The notes under the pieces: generated by a model | The model's database searches: none | The model's input: only the letters and a program-made list of their open reading frames with translations | What the model was told of the DNA's origin: nothing | Shown: positions 9,013-17,295 of the stretch, in pieces | Layout: the number at the start of each line of letters is the position of its first letter | Position numbering within the stretch: position 1 is the stretch's first letter | NCBI GenBank assembly: GCA_050261115.1 | Contig: JBLNCY010000016.1 | Location: 1-39,519, forward strand | Direction of reading: 5' to 3' | DNA length: 39,519 bases | Origin: Methanocella sp. | GTDB lineage: Archaea; Thermoproteota; Bathyarchaeia; Bathyarchaeales; Bathycorpusculaceae | Made by a program: the position numbers and the translations under genes

Positions 9013-10440
9013 TGCTGTAAGCCTCCTTGAGCGTGCTCGAGTGCCTTCATTAGCGCCCGGGCTTTGTGGTCAGTTTCCATCCACTCTTTCTCAGGTTCGG
9101 AATCAGCGACGATGCCTGCCCCCACCTGAATGTAGGCGCAGTTGCCCTGGGCAAAGAGCGTGCGGATGGTTATGGCAAAGTCAGCATTGCCGTTGCAGCT
9201 AAAGTAGCCGACTGCACCAGCATACGGACCACGATGGCTAGCTTCAAGTTCCTCGATGATTTCCATGGCTCGAACTTTGGGTGCTCCTGAAACAGTGCCT
9301 GCTGGAAACATGGCTTTCAATGCATCAAAACTTGTTAAGCCGTTTTTTAGGTCGCCGACCACTTGTGAAACTATATGCTGCACATGGCTGAACTGGTGAA
9401 CCTGCATAAACTCAGGCACAGTTACAGAGCCGGGTTTGCTGATTTTTCCCACGTCATTTCTTGCAAGGTCAACCAGCATAACGTGCTCGGCGCGCTCTTT
9501 TGGATCACGTAAAAGCTCCTTGCATAGTTTCTGATTTTCCTGTTTGTTGGCTGAGATGGGGGTGGTGCCTGCGATGGGAAAAGTCATAACCTTGTTGTTG
9601 TCGATGCGGAATAGCATTTCGGGGCTTGCACCCACGATTTGGCGGTTACCCGATTTGTAGTAGAACATGTAGGGTGAGGGGTTGATTTGACGTAGGCTCT
9701 TGTAGAAGGTAAGCAGGCTTCCGCTGTATTGGACTTGGAAGCGTTTGGAGAGGACAACTTGAAAGATGTCTCCCGAGGTGATGTACTGTTTAGCCTTTAC
9801 AACCGCCCGCTTGAAGTCTTCTTTTGGTGTGTCCACGGTGGGTTGGGTATATGTGAAGGGTTCTTCTTTTGCGTCGGGTTGTTTTAGGAGTGCTTTGATT
9901 TCTTTTAGGCGATTTTCTTCTCGATAATAGTAGTAGGCTTGGTGTTGTGTGTGATCAAATACGATGCCGTCTTCGAATATGCCCATTTCTATGTCAGGAA
10001 AATTGAGAGGGTCGGGTTTTTGGTTGGGAAGTTTTTCTATGTATCTTATGGCGTCGTAGCTTACGTATCCTAGTGCTCCTCCGACGAAGCCGAAGTCTAC
10101 TATGTTGTTGGTGTAGGATTCTAAGAGTTGTTTTATTTGTTTGAGGGGGTCTGTGGTTTGTTGGGTTGTTGTTTGGTGGGTGGTGTTGTCGGTTATGGTT
10201 AGGGCGCCGTTTTTGGCGGTTAGGGTTGTTTTTGGGTTGAATCCTATGAAGGAGTATCTTGCGAGTTTTTGTGGTCCTTCGATGGATTCGAGAAGGTAGG
10301 CGGTTGGGTAGGTTTGGTGGAGTTTTGTGAATATTTCTATGGGTTGGTTGGTGTAGGTGAATTTAAGGTAGTTGAGTGGGTTTATGATTGGTTTTTTGGT
10401 TTGTTTTTGTGGTGGCGTTTTGCCAAAGGTGATTCCCCAT
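9009..10440 (-). CDS. trpE: Anthranilate synthase component I; full-length product needs a +1 frame change near 10427 or a non-canonical start
   Basis: The listed 325-aa ORF is only the C-terminal part. The same frame is open up to TGA at 10446-10448 and encodes [22 protein letters not shown] and [16 protein letters not shown], but has no ATG/GTG/TTG before 9986. ATG 10440 is in a different frame. Confidence 0.92.
10363..10440 (-). promoter_or_regulatory. trp leader ORF (25 aa, [25 protein letters not shown]) with candidate +1 shift site CTT-TGG-C at 10428-10422
   Basis: SD-like GGAGTATGATC lies just before ATG 10440 (a second in-frame ATG is at 10449). Single Trp at codon 6, TAA at 10365-10363, overlapping trpE out of frame. 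Confidence 0.6.
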
Positions 10441-10483
10441 TTTGATCATACTCCGTGTGTGTTCACATCAATACAATAATGTG

Positions 10484-10491
10484 CTATTTAA
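10484..10491 (-). promoter_or_regulatory. Candidate TATA box of the trp operon
   Basis: TTAAATAG on the minus strand about 45 nt upstream of ATG 10440, overlapping the stop codon of the upstream gene. Confidence 0.45.
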
Positions 10492-11354
10492 GGCTTGTTT
10501 GTACACTTCTGTACGTTAGGCTTGTTTTTCACTACCTCCCTAACCTTAAAACCAGCATAAACCCCAACAGCAACCAGCACAACCGAAAACAACCCAACCG
10601 TAAAAGTAAACTGAGCCTCGCTTCTATCTGTCCCTTGATCATCTGTCACAGTTGCATTATTCGGAAAACCCCTGCTCTCCCAGTACCCACGATAATCCGG
10701 ATCATTCGATACCTTGATTTCGGTAATCCACTCAACCCACTTATACCCATACTGGCTCTTAGCAACCAAAAAGAACGGCCAACCCAATTCAGGCGTCAAA
10801 GTAACATTGTTCATCTTGTATGCAATCATGATGTTATTTTCCTCAATATACTCAAGCGGCAAGGAGGAAGAGTAACCGTCAGAGGCATAGAAAATCACCG
10901 TATTCGCATCCGAACTAACCCCGCCAGCATACTCCAGCAAATTAGTTATAGCAACACCTTCCCAGAGCATAGTTACACTCCAACCCTCAACACAGGGCAA
11001 TGTAGCTACTTGCAAAACAGAATCAAACCCGTCCACGACTTCACTGTAGTTAAGCGATGTGGGCTTGTTTACTAGACCTGTGATGGGCAGTGTGTAGTTT
11101 TCTGGGTCGATGAATTGCGTTCCCTTGATTGCGGCATTCGGGTGCTGCTTTAGGTACTTTAGGTATTGGTTGATGGGTGTCAGGGTTTGGTTTTCATATT
11201 CTGCAATTTCGCTTGGCTGAAGCGTCGGCGATGGTGTAGGCTGTGGCGTAGAAATAGCGGCCAGAACCGTGAATGGAGCCATAGATAGGGCTATTGTAGA
11301 TATCAAAAGGGCGGTAATTAACACATTTACTTTGTGTTGTTTTAGAATTTGCAT
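10488..11354 (-). CDS. Molybdopterin-dependent oxidoreductase (sulfite oxidase/MsrP-like), exported and membrane-anchored
   Basis: LPCVEGWS..WEGV, DGYSSSLPL, YGYKWVEWI, GYWESRG. N-terminal signal peptide, Pro/Thr linker and C-terminal TM helix. Confidence 0.88.
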   Translation of the reverse strand: MQILKQHKVNVLITALLISTIALSMAPFTVLAAISTPQPTPSPTLQPSEIAEYENQTLTPINQYLKYLKQHPNAAIKGTQFIDPENYTLPITGLVNKPTSLNYSEVVDGFDSVLQVATLPCVEGWSVTMLWEGVAITNLLEYAGGVSSDANTVIFYASDGYSSSLPLEYIEENNIMIAYKMNNVTLTPELGWPFFLVAKSQYGYKWVEWITEIKVSNDPDYRGYWESRGFPNNATVTDDQGTDRSEAQFTFTVGLFSVVLVAVGVYAGFKVREVVKNKPNVQKCTNKP

Positions 11355-11431
11355 ATCTGATGGAGCGTTTTTGGCTCTATTTATGGGTGACTAAAAAAGA
11401 AGTGGCTTTTTGCCCGAATTCTTTTGTGCAG

Positions 11432-11764
11432 TTATTGGCGCAGGACACTGCTCATCCATGACAGGTAAGCCTCTGAACCATCTACAATTGGCAACGCTAA
11501 AACCTCAGGCACCTCATAACTATGCAGCGCCTTAACACGCAACTGCACCTCTCCAAACAGGCTCTTGCGGGTCTTCATTATAACTAAGCACTCCTCGGCG
11601 CGGTCCACTTTGTCCTGCCACCAAAAGCAGGATGCCACTGGACTGATGATGTTGGCGCATGCAATGAGTTTCTCTAATAGTAGGGTTTGGCTGATTTTTT
11701 CTGCTTCTGCCTTATCCTTTGTGGTGACTAGAACTATGATGAAATCGGTGGGCACATGAATCAC
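11432..11764 (-). CDS. cutA: Divalent-cation tolerance protein CutA
   Basis: LIACANI, FWWQ.KV..AEE..VIMKT, LHSYEVPEV. Confidence 0.93.
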   Translation of the reverse strand: MIHVPTDFIIVLVTTKDKAEAEKISQTLLLEKLIACANIISPVASCFWWQDKVDRAEECLVIMKTRKSLFGEVQLRVKALHSYEVPEVLALPIVDGSEAYLSWMSSVLRQ

Positions 11765-11875
11765 GTGAGTACTGTTAAGATTAAGACTGTAAAATAAGTT
11801 CCCTCTTGCTTCTAGCTGGGTATGGCAAGTTTTAATTGCTCTAACTTCTTATGTAGCTTGTAAGAGGCATCTGTC

Positions 11876-12376
11876 TTGAAGGACACCCACCTAAGAATTC
11901 TAAAAGCAATGAGTGAAGCAACCAGCCGCATGGACATAAATGTTTTTGCGCAATCCGTAGACTTAACCCCTAACGACGTGATGGCTATGTTTGGGCAACT
12001 AGAGACAGAGGGGTTTTTACATAAAGTCGGCACCGGCTACTCCCTAACTGAAAAGGGTAAAAACGCGCTTAAAATATCATCACAAGTGCCTGAGGGAAAA
12101 GAGTTTAATTTTCATGTCGGAGAAGGTAAACCGCTTGGATTTAGCGCTCACTCCCTCGAAGAATTCTACAGGCTCATCAAAGTTGTTACTTCAGACGCTT
12201 TAGAGTTTCATCTGTATAGGCGGGACTTTGAGAACTGGATAAGAGACGTTATAGGCGATAGGCAGTTGCCGCTAGATATTTCGGGGGTCAGAGGGGCCAG
12301 TTTGAAGGGTGAGGATCTTCGCAAGGGCTTACTTAGAGCGATTGATTTGCGCTATGGCGTCGGCGAATTACTGTAA
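11876..12376 (+). CDS. Winged-helix plus DUF5752-like domain protein
   Basis: N-terminal wHTH-like segment (YSLTEKG). C-terminal SLEEF...ALEFHLYRRDFENWIRDVIGD resembles DUF5752. Confidence 0.65.
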   Translation: MKDTHLRILKAMSEATSRMDINVFAQSVDLTPNDVMAMFGQLETEGFLHKVGTGYSLTEKGKNALKISSQVPEGKEFNFHVGEGKPLGFSAHSLEEFYRLIKVVTSDALEFHLYRRDFENWIRDVIGDRQLPLDISGVRGASLKGEDLRKGLLRAIDLRYGVGELL

Positions 12377-12467
12377 GATTGCCTACTATGCGAGCTTCGC
12401 TTTAATGAGTCTAAGAAACTCAGCATAATCTCACCTTTAGTATATTCCTGTTGAGGACTTGATGCTT

Positions 12468-13439
12468 TTAAAATGTTGATATGAATTCTCCATAAGTAGG
12501 CCAAGGTACTAGAACGGGGTAAATTTTCATGTCTATCTTTGAGATTCCCTTGATTTTGGTGACTTGGCTCTGGGTTTCGAGTAACTGATTAAGGCTCTTT
12601 AGCATAATAAAAGCAAACAAATCGATGTCGCCGCTAGTTTTGATCATTAGGACGCTGTCTTCTATCTTGAATAGTTCTTTAATCACTTCATTGGGATCCG
12701 CTTCTGACCCAAGTGTGATGGGGAAAACGAGCACCGCATGATACCCTAACTTGGGCAGGTTTAGCTGGATGACGGGCTTTATTATGCCTTTTTCGGTGAG
12801 TTTCTTGTATCTTCTCGCTACAGTGTTAATTGAGGTCCCGATTGTCTGCGCGATTTTGCTAAACGGTTGCATGCTGTCTTTTAGTAGCTGCTCGATTATT
12901 TGCTGGTCAATTTCTTCTATTTCATAATCGGCTTTGTATGGTTCTTCTGTTTGTAAGTCTATATCGCCTTCGCGGGGAGCATCCTCTATAATGTGGAGTC
13001 GTTCAGGCATGTTTTTAACGTCAGTCCAAACTTCCACCTTTACGTCGGTAACGTACTTATGTCGTTTAATACATTCTTTGAACTTGCCCGCCTCACGTAT
13101 ATCATTCAAACCGACGAGAAGACTAATGCAATTTTTAGGGGCCAAAGCAATCAACGATGTTTGATAAGGCAATTTCTTTATGAACTCAAGTACTTGCTCT
13201 GCTCCAGTTTGGTCGATGTTTACCACGACGCTGCTGATTGTTTTGTGTCCTATTGCTTTGTGATTGACTTGCACTGTGGAGCCTAGGATTATCTTGGCGT
13301 TTTCTAGTTCGGTAAAGCGTTCACTTATTGCTGCGGTGGATAGGTTGCATTCCGAGGCGATGTCGACGAAACTTTTACGCGCGTTAACCAGTAGGTTTTT
13401 GATAATTTTTGCGTCTGTTTCGTCTATTGTTCGATTTAT
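12468..13439 (-). CDS. Tandem (double-domain) Lrp/AsnC transcriptional regulator, probable ATA start
   Basis: The frame extends 55 codons beyond the listed ORF and encodes a first HTH (IDETDAKIIKNLLVNARKSFVDIASECNLSTAAISERF). The second HTH is IEEIDQQIIEQLLKDSMQPFSKIAQTIGTSINTVARRY. GGGTGA SD lies 6 nt before ATA 13439. Confidence 0.88.
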   Translation of the reverse strand: MNRTIDETDAKIIKNLLVNARKSFVDIASECNLSTAAISERFTELENAKIILGSTVQVNHKAIGHKTISSVVVNIDQTGAEQVLEFIKKLPYQTSLIALAPKNCISLLVGLNDIREAGKFKECIKRHKYVTDVKVEVWTDVKNMPERLHIIEDAPREGDIDLQTEEPYKADYEIEEIDQQIIEQLLKDSMQPFSKIAQTIGTSINTVARRYKKLTEKGIIKPVIQLNLPKLGYHAVLVFPITLGSEADPNEVIKELFKIEDSVLMIKTSGDIDLFAFIMLKSLNQLLETQSQVTKIKGISKIDMKIYPVLVPWPTYGEFISTF

Positions 13440-13668
13440 GGGTACTCACCCGGATGTATAACAGTAGAACGTGGAGTTGACTTTTAAATCCTTGCCCCAT
13501 GATGCATTATGGGTGGATTACTTTTTATTATTTTGTGCTGAGCTTAACGCTTGATGGCATTTTGTTGATAATAAAATAAGCAATATTTGCTTTGTGATTT
13601 AATTTTTTGCATTTTTTTCTGTGTTAATGGTAAATCTTATAAAGTGAACGAAACAATAGAGCAGCCAT

Positions 13669-13766
13669 CGGGCAACGGGTCGATAGTTAGCTTTTCAACC
13701 GCTAGCCAACCGTTTATCGGCTAGCTTAGCGGAGCATACCAATTAGCGCTAGCTATGCCTGGCCCG
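13669..13766 (+). promoter_or_regulatory. Structured 5' leader of beta-propeller gene 1
   Basis: Starts ~25 nt after CTTATAAA (13636-13643). Nested stems CGGGC/GCCCG, ATAGTTAGC/GCTAGCTAT, CCGCTA/TAGCGG. Ends just before AAAAAGGAG. Confidence 0.55.
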
Positions 13767-13784
13767 AAAAAGGAGAATAGAAAA

Positions 13785-16328
13785 ATGCAAACAAAACCTA
13801 AACATAAAATATTATCCGTTGTCGCCATGGCACTGCTTTTAGCATCGAGTCTAGTTGCTGCGCTGCCAATTGCTAAAGCCCAACTATCTGGTTCTGTCGC
13901 TACTGACGTTCCAACGTTTCTGATGCTTAACGTTGCTCCGAACCCCATCGGGGTTGGACAGGAAGCACTCATTAATGCTTTCATGACTAAACCGCCAATC
14001 ACCGCTGGCTTTGGGGGAACAGGCATCAATTATGAAGGCATCAAAATCGAAATCATAGAACCTGACGGAAACAAAAAAACCATCACAATGCCTACATCTG
14101 ACACTACGGGCGGAACATGGACAAACTTTACCCCTGACAAGGTCGGCAATTACACCTTCAAGGCTACCTACCCTGGACAGCACGCTGAAGCATGGATACC
14201 TAGCATGTTTGGATACTCGCAATTCTTCAACGTTACCTATCTAGCAAGCGAAAGCGATACTATCATTCTCACCGTTCAGGATGAGCCAATACGCGGAATT
14301 GATACTGCACCATTACCAACCGAGTACTGGTCTAGGCCGATTCACGCACAGAACTACCGCTGGGCTGAACTCGGCTCAAACTGGTATGGGTTAGCAGCAC
14401 CGGCATTTGCAACAACTGGCAGTTATGATGCAATGGGCAATTTCCAGCCATATGGCACCGCACCAAACACTGGACACATAATGTGGGCTAAACCAACACA
14501 CTTCGGAGGCCAACCGGGACTTCCAATACCAAACGACCAAATGAGCAACTACATGACAACAACAATCGCAACAAACTTCTTTGAACCCATAATCCTCAAC
14601 GGAATACTTTACTACACCGAATACTCCGGCCCCAGCGCGAAAACGACTGCATGGGTTGCTGTGGACATACGCACAGGCGAAACCGTCTGGACGCGTAGCG
14701 CAGGTGAATCAGGAAACGAAGTCATCCGCATGGGCCAAGTAATGCGCTTCAAATCGATACAGGAATTCGGCTCCTGGGCATTTCTGTACAGTGTTCCCGC
14801 AGGCGCATCATTCTTCGGCACTCCGACATTCATGTCTGTCTATGACGCATACAGCGGCGAATACTTGATGAACATCACAAACATCCAGAACCCAGCGTTC
14901 CTCATTGATGACACAGAAGACTCCGACCAAAAAGGTAGCTTGCTTGGTTACTACACAAGCGGTGGCAACCTAACGATGTGGAACTCCAGTCGGTTAATGT
15001 TGGGTGCAGATGGCATAACCATACGACCCTCCGGCACCAAAAACTGGACTGCCGGTATCGAATGGACCGTTCGGCTCCCAGCAGACGTTGCACAAGGCAG
15101 CATAGCAGTACGAAGCCATGACGTAATACTGGTCAGATACTCGCCAACATATAACCAGTTCTCTTCGCTGAGCTATGGTACCCAGGTAACCGCAGGCTTC
15201 GATGCTAAAACAGGGCAACTCCTTTGGGGTCCCAAGAACCAAACCATACCTGAACTACAAGACGTATCAATCCTAGGTGCAGACGACGAAGTATACGTAC
15301 TACACAACAAGGACACAAACGAAGCTTACGGCTACTCCCTGAAGAACGGAAATCTAATGTGGGGTCCTGTAAAACTTCCGGGAAACGCATGGGACCACAT
15401 ATCAATAGCTGCAGAGGTTGCATACGGTAAAATATTTGTCTTCGGCTTCGGCGGATACGTTAACGCGATTGATTTACAGACTGGCCACATAGAGTGGACT
15501 TTTGTACCCAGGAGTTCAGGATACAACACTGGCTATGGCATCTACCCCGTTTGGTATAACGGCATGATTGCAGACGGGAAGCTGTTCATTTCAGAAAGCC
15601 ACATGTACGACCCACCAGTATACCCCGGCGCACAACAACTTGCTATCAACACCACCACTGGCGAATTAGTCTGGAGCATACTTAGCTTCACAGGCAGAGT
15701 ACCCACCGCATGCGCAGATGGTTACCTCATACAGTGGAACTGCTTTGACAGCCAAATCTACTCAATCGGCAAAGGCCCAACACAAACCACCATCGAAGCG
15801 TCACCCAAGATCTCAGAGCATGGCTCAGTAGTCTTAGTTGAAGGCGCTGTTACAGATATATCCCCAGGAACCAAAGACTCAGACAGATCCGCCCGCTTCC
15901 CCGATGGTGTCCCCGCAGTCTCAGACGAGAGCCAAAGCGCATGGATGGAGTACGTCTACATGCAGCAGCCAAAACCCACCAACGCAACTGGTGTACCTGT
16001 AATTATAAGCGTACTAGACCCCAACGGCAACAACTATGTGGTTGGAACAACAACAAGCGATGCAAACGGACACTACAAACTAACCTTTACCCCAGAAGTT
16101 CCAGGCGAATATACTGTCATCGCTACTTTCGCAGGCTCTGAATCCTATTGGCCATCAACTCAACGAACCGCCATAGCAGTAACAGACGCAGCCGCAACTC
16201 CAACACCGCAACCAACACAGGCGCCATCTATGGCCGACCTATACTTCCTGCCAGCAATCGCAGCGCTGTTCGTACTTGTCATCGTAAGCACGGCTCTGAT
16301 GCTGATTATGCTTAGAAAGCGACCCTAA
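13785..16328 (+). CDS. Secreted PQQ-binding-like beta-propeller repeat protein with Ig-like flanks and C-terminal membrane anchor, paralog 1
   Basis: Signal peptide, repeated AxDxxTGxxxW blades (AVDIRTGETVW, GFDAKTGQLLW, AIDLQTGHIEW, AINTTTGELVW), Pro/Thr linker, TM helix plus RKRP. AGGAG SD favours ATG 13785 over 13755. Confidence 0.88.
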   Translation: MQTKPKHKILSVVAMALLLASSLVAALPIAKAQLSGSVATDVPTFLMLNVAPNPIGVGQEALINAFMTKPPITAGFGGTGINYEGIKIEIIEPDGNKKTITMPTSDTTGGTWTNFTPDKVGNYTFKATYPGQHAEAWIPSMFGYSQFFNVTYLASESDTIILTVQDEPIRGIDTAPLPTEYWSRPIHAQNYRWAELGSNWYGLAAPAFATTGSYDAMGNFQPYGTAPNTGHIMWAKPTHFGGQPGLPIPNDQMSNYMTTTIATNFFEPIILNGILYYTEYSGPSAKTTAWVAVDIRTGETVWTRSAGESGNEVIRMGQVMRFKSIQEFGSWAFLYSVPAGASFFGTPTFMSVYDAYSGEYLMNITNIQNPAFLIDDTEDSDQKGSLLGYYTSGGNLTMWNSSRLMLGADGITIRPSGTKNWTAGIEWTVRLPADVAQGSIAVRSHDVILVRYSPTYNQFSSLSYGTQVTAGFDAKTGQLLWGPKNQTIPELQDVSILGADDEVYVLHNKDTNEAYGYSLKNGNLMWGPVKLPGNAWDHISIAAEVAYGKIFVFGFGGYVNAIDLQTGHIEWTFVPRSSGYNTGYGIYPVWYNGMIADGKLFISESHMYDPPVYPGAQQLAINTTTGELVWSILSFTGRVPTACADGYLIQWNCFDSQIYSIGKGPTQTTIEASPKISEHGSVVLVEGAVTDISPGTKDSDRSARFPDGVPAVSDESQSAWMEYVYMQQPKPTNATGVPVIISVLDPNGNNYVVGTTTSDANGHYKLTFTPEVPGEYTVIATFAGSESYWPSTQRTAIAVTDAAATPTPQPTQAPSMADLYFLPAIAALFVLVIVSTALMLIMLRKRP

Positions 16329-16329
16329 A

Positions 16330-16374
16330 GGTGAAACTGAAATGAAAACAAATTCACCCTTTTTTTCTTTTTTT
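16330..16374 (+). terminator. Hairpin plus long T-tract
   Basis: GGTGAA...TTCACC followed by T-runs directly after the stop codon. Confidence 0.55.
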
Positions 16375-16521
16375 AACACATTGTTAGCGGAGATTGGGGC
16401 TGAGTGGGCTTCTAGCCATACTTACATGGTTATGCATTTTTTCTTTCTCCTAAATTTGTAGAAGCCCCAGCAAACCCTTTCTAGCTAACATGATAACTCA
16501 ATGATCTTTAACTTAGGCGCA

Positions 16522-16740
16522 CTATTTTTCAGGCTGCTTCTTTTTCCATGTTGTGGGGTCACGCAGGTTCTGAACAGGCGAATCTTCACCCAAACCCTGC
16601 TTAGCTTGCGCTGTCTGCTTGTATTTTTGTTCGGCGATTTTGGCTTTTCCTTCTTTGCTGCTAAGTTCTACGCTGTTGCCGAGTTTGTAGATGGTTCTGC
16701 CGAGGCGGCGTTCCCCGACGGTTTTTGTGCATCTTCCCAT
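16522..16740 (-). CDS. Small basic hypothetical protein (72 aa)
   Basis: ATG preceded by a GGGAG SD, Lys-rich, no family recognised. Confidence 0.35.
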   Translation of the reverse strand: MGRCTKTVGERRLGRTIYKLGNSVELSSKEGKAKIAEQKYKQTAQAKQGLGEDSPVQNLRDPTTWKKKQPEK

Positions 16741-17188
16741 GCAGATAATCTCCCTTTTGTGGGTTAAAAATCCTTTTCCAGTAGGCGCTCAATATGGATG
16801 TCTGGACTTCTAAACTATTTTTCGTCCCTATTAGATTAACTGGGGAGCCAAAAAAGTTGTCGCTTAGACCGTTGTAATGTTCCCGCCGGGCAAAGGCTAT
16901 TTGCGGGGGAACAGGGTAAACTAAACTCTTTATTGCCAATATGCCTGGAAAGTTTGCCATTTTTGATTGAGTGAGCAGCAGTTAGTCAATGTCGAGAATG
17001 AAAACTTGGAAGAGCAAGTAATAGTTGCCGCTGGTTTGGTAATCAGAAAAACGTCTTTTTTTCTTTCCGTTAGTGTTTATTATGTGAAAAAATATTTAGT
17101 GAATTGTTTGTTTGTCCTTGGTTTTTTAGCTTGATTTTGTGTTTGACGCAAAATTTATAAGTGGAGTGACTTAATACACCAAATTATT

Positions 17189-17278
17189 GGCATGTGCAAC
17201 GGCTTATTAGCTGTTATACTGGCTAAATAACGGACAACTTCTAGTTAGCCAAACAGTTAGCGATAGCTCTGCACTGCT
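17189..17278 (+). promoter_or_regulatory. Structured 5' leader of beta-propeller gene 2
   Basis: Starts ~28 nt after TTTATAA (17154-17160). Nested stems GGCA-T-GTGCA/TGCAC-TGCT, TTAGCTGTT/AACAGTTAG, TGGCTAA/TTAGCCA. Ends just before AAAAAGAGGAG. Confidence 0.55.
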
Positions 17279-17295
17279 AAAAAGAGGAGAAAAAA

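Noticed and set aside
10300-10450. Classical hairpin attenuator for the trp leader
   Set aside because: No tandem Trp codons, and the nearly G-free RNA cannot form terminator or antiterminator stems.
10455-11075. 206-aa plus-strand ORF and other long antisense ORFs (for example 7683-8384, 21310-21783)
   Set aside because: Shadows of well-supported opposite-strand genes with no recognisable motifs.
16661-16960. 99-aa minus-strand ORF
   Set aside because: No SD or motif, and it overlaps the better-supported 72-aa ORF.
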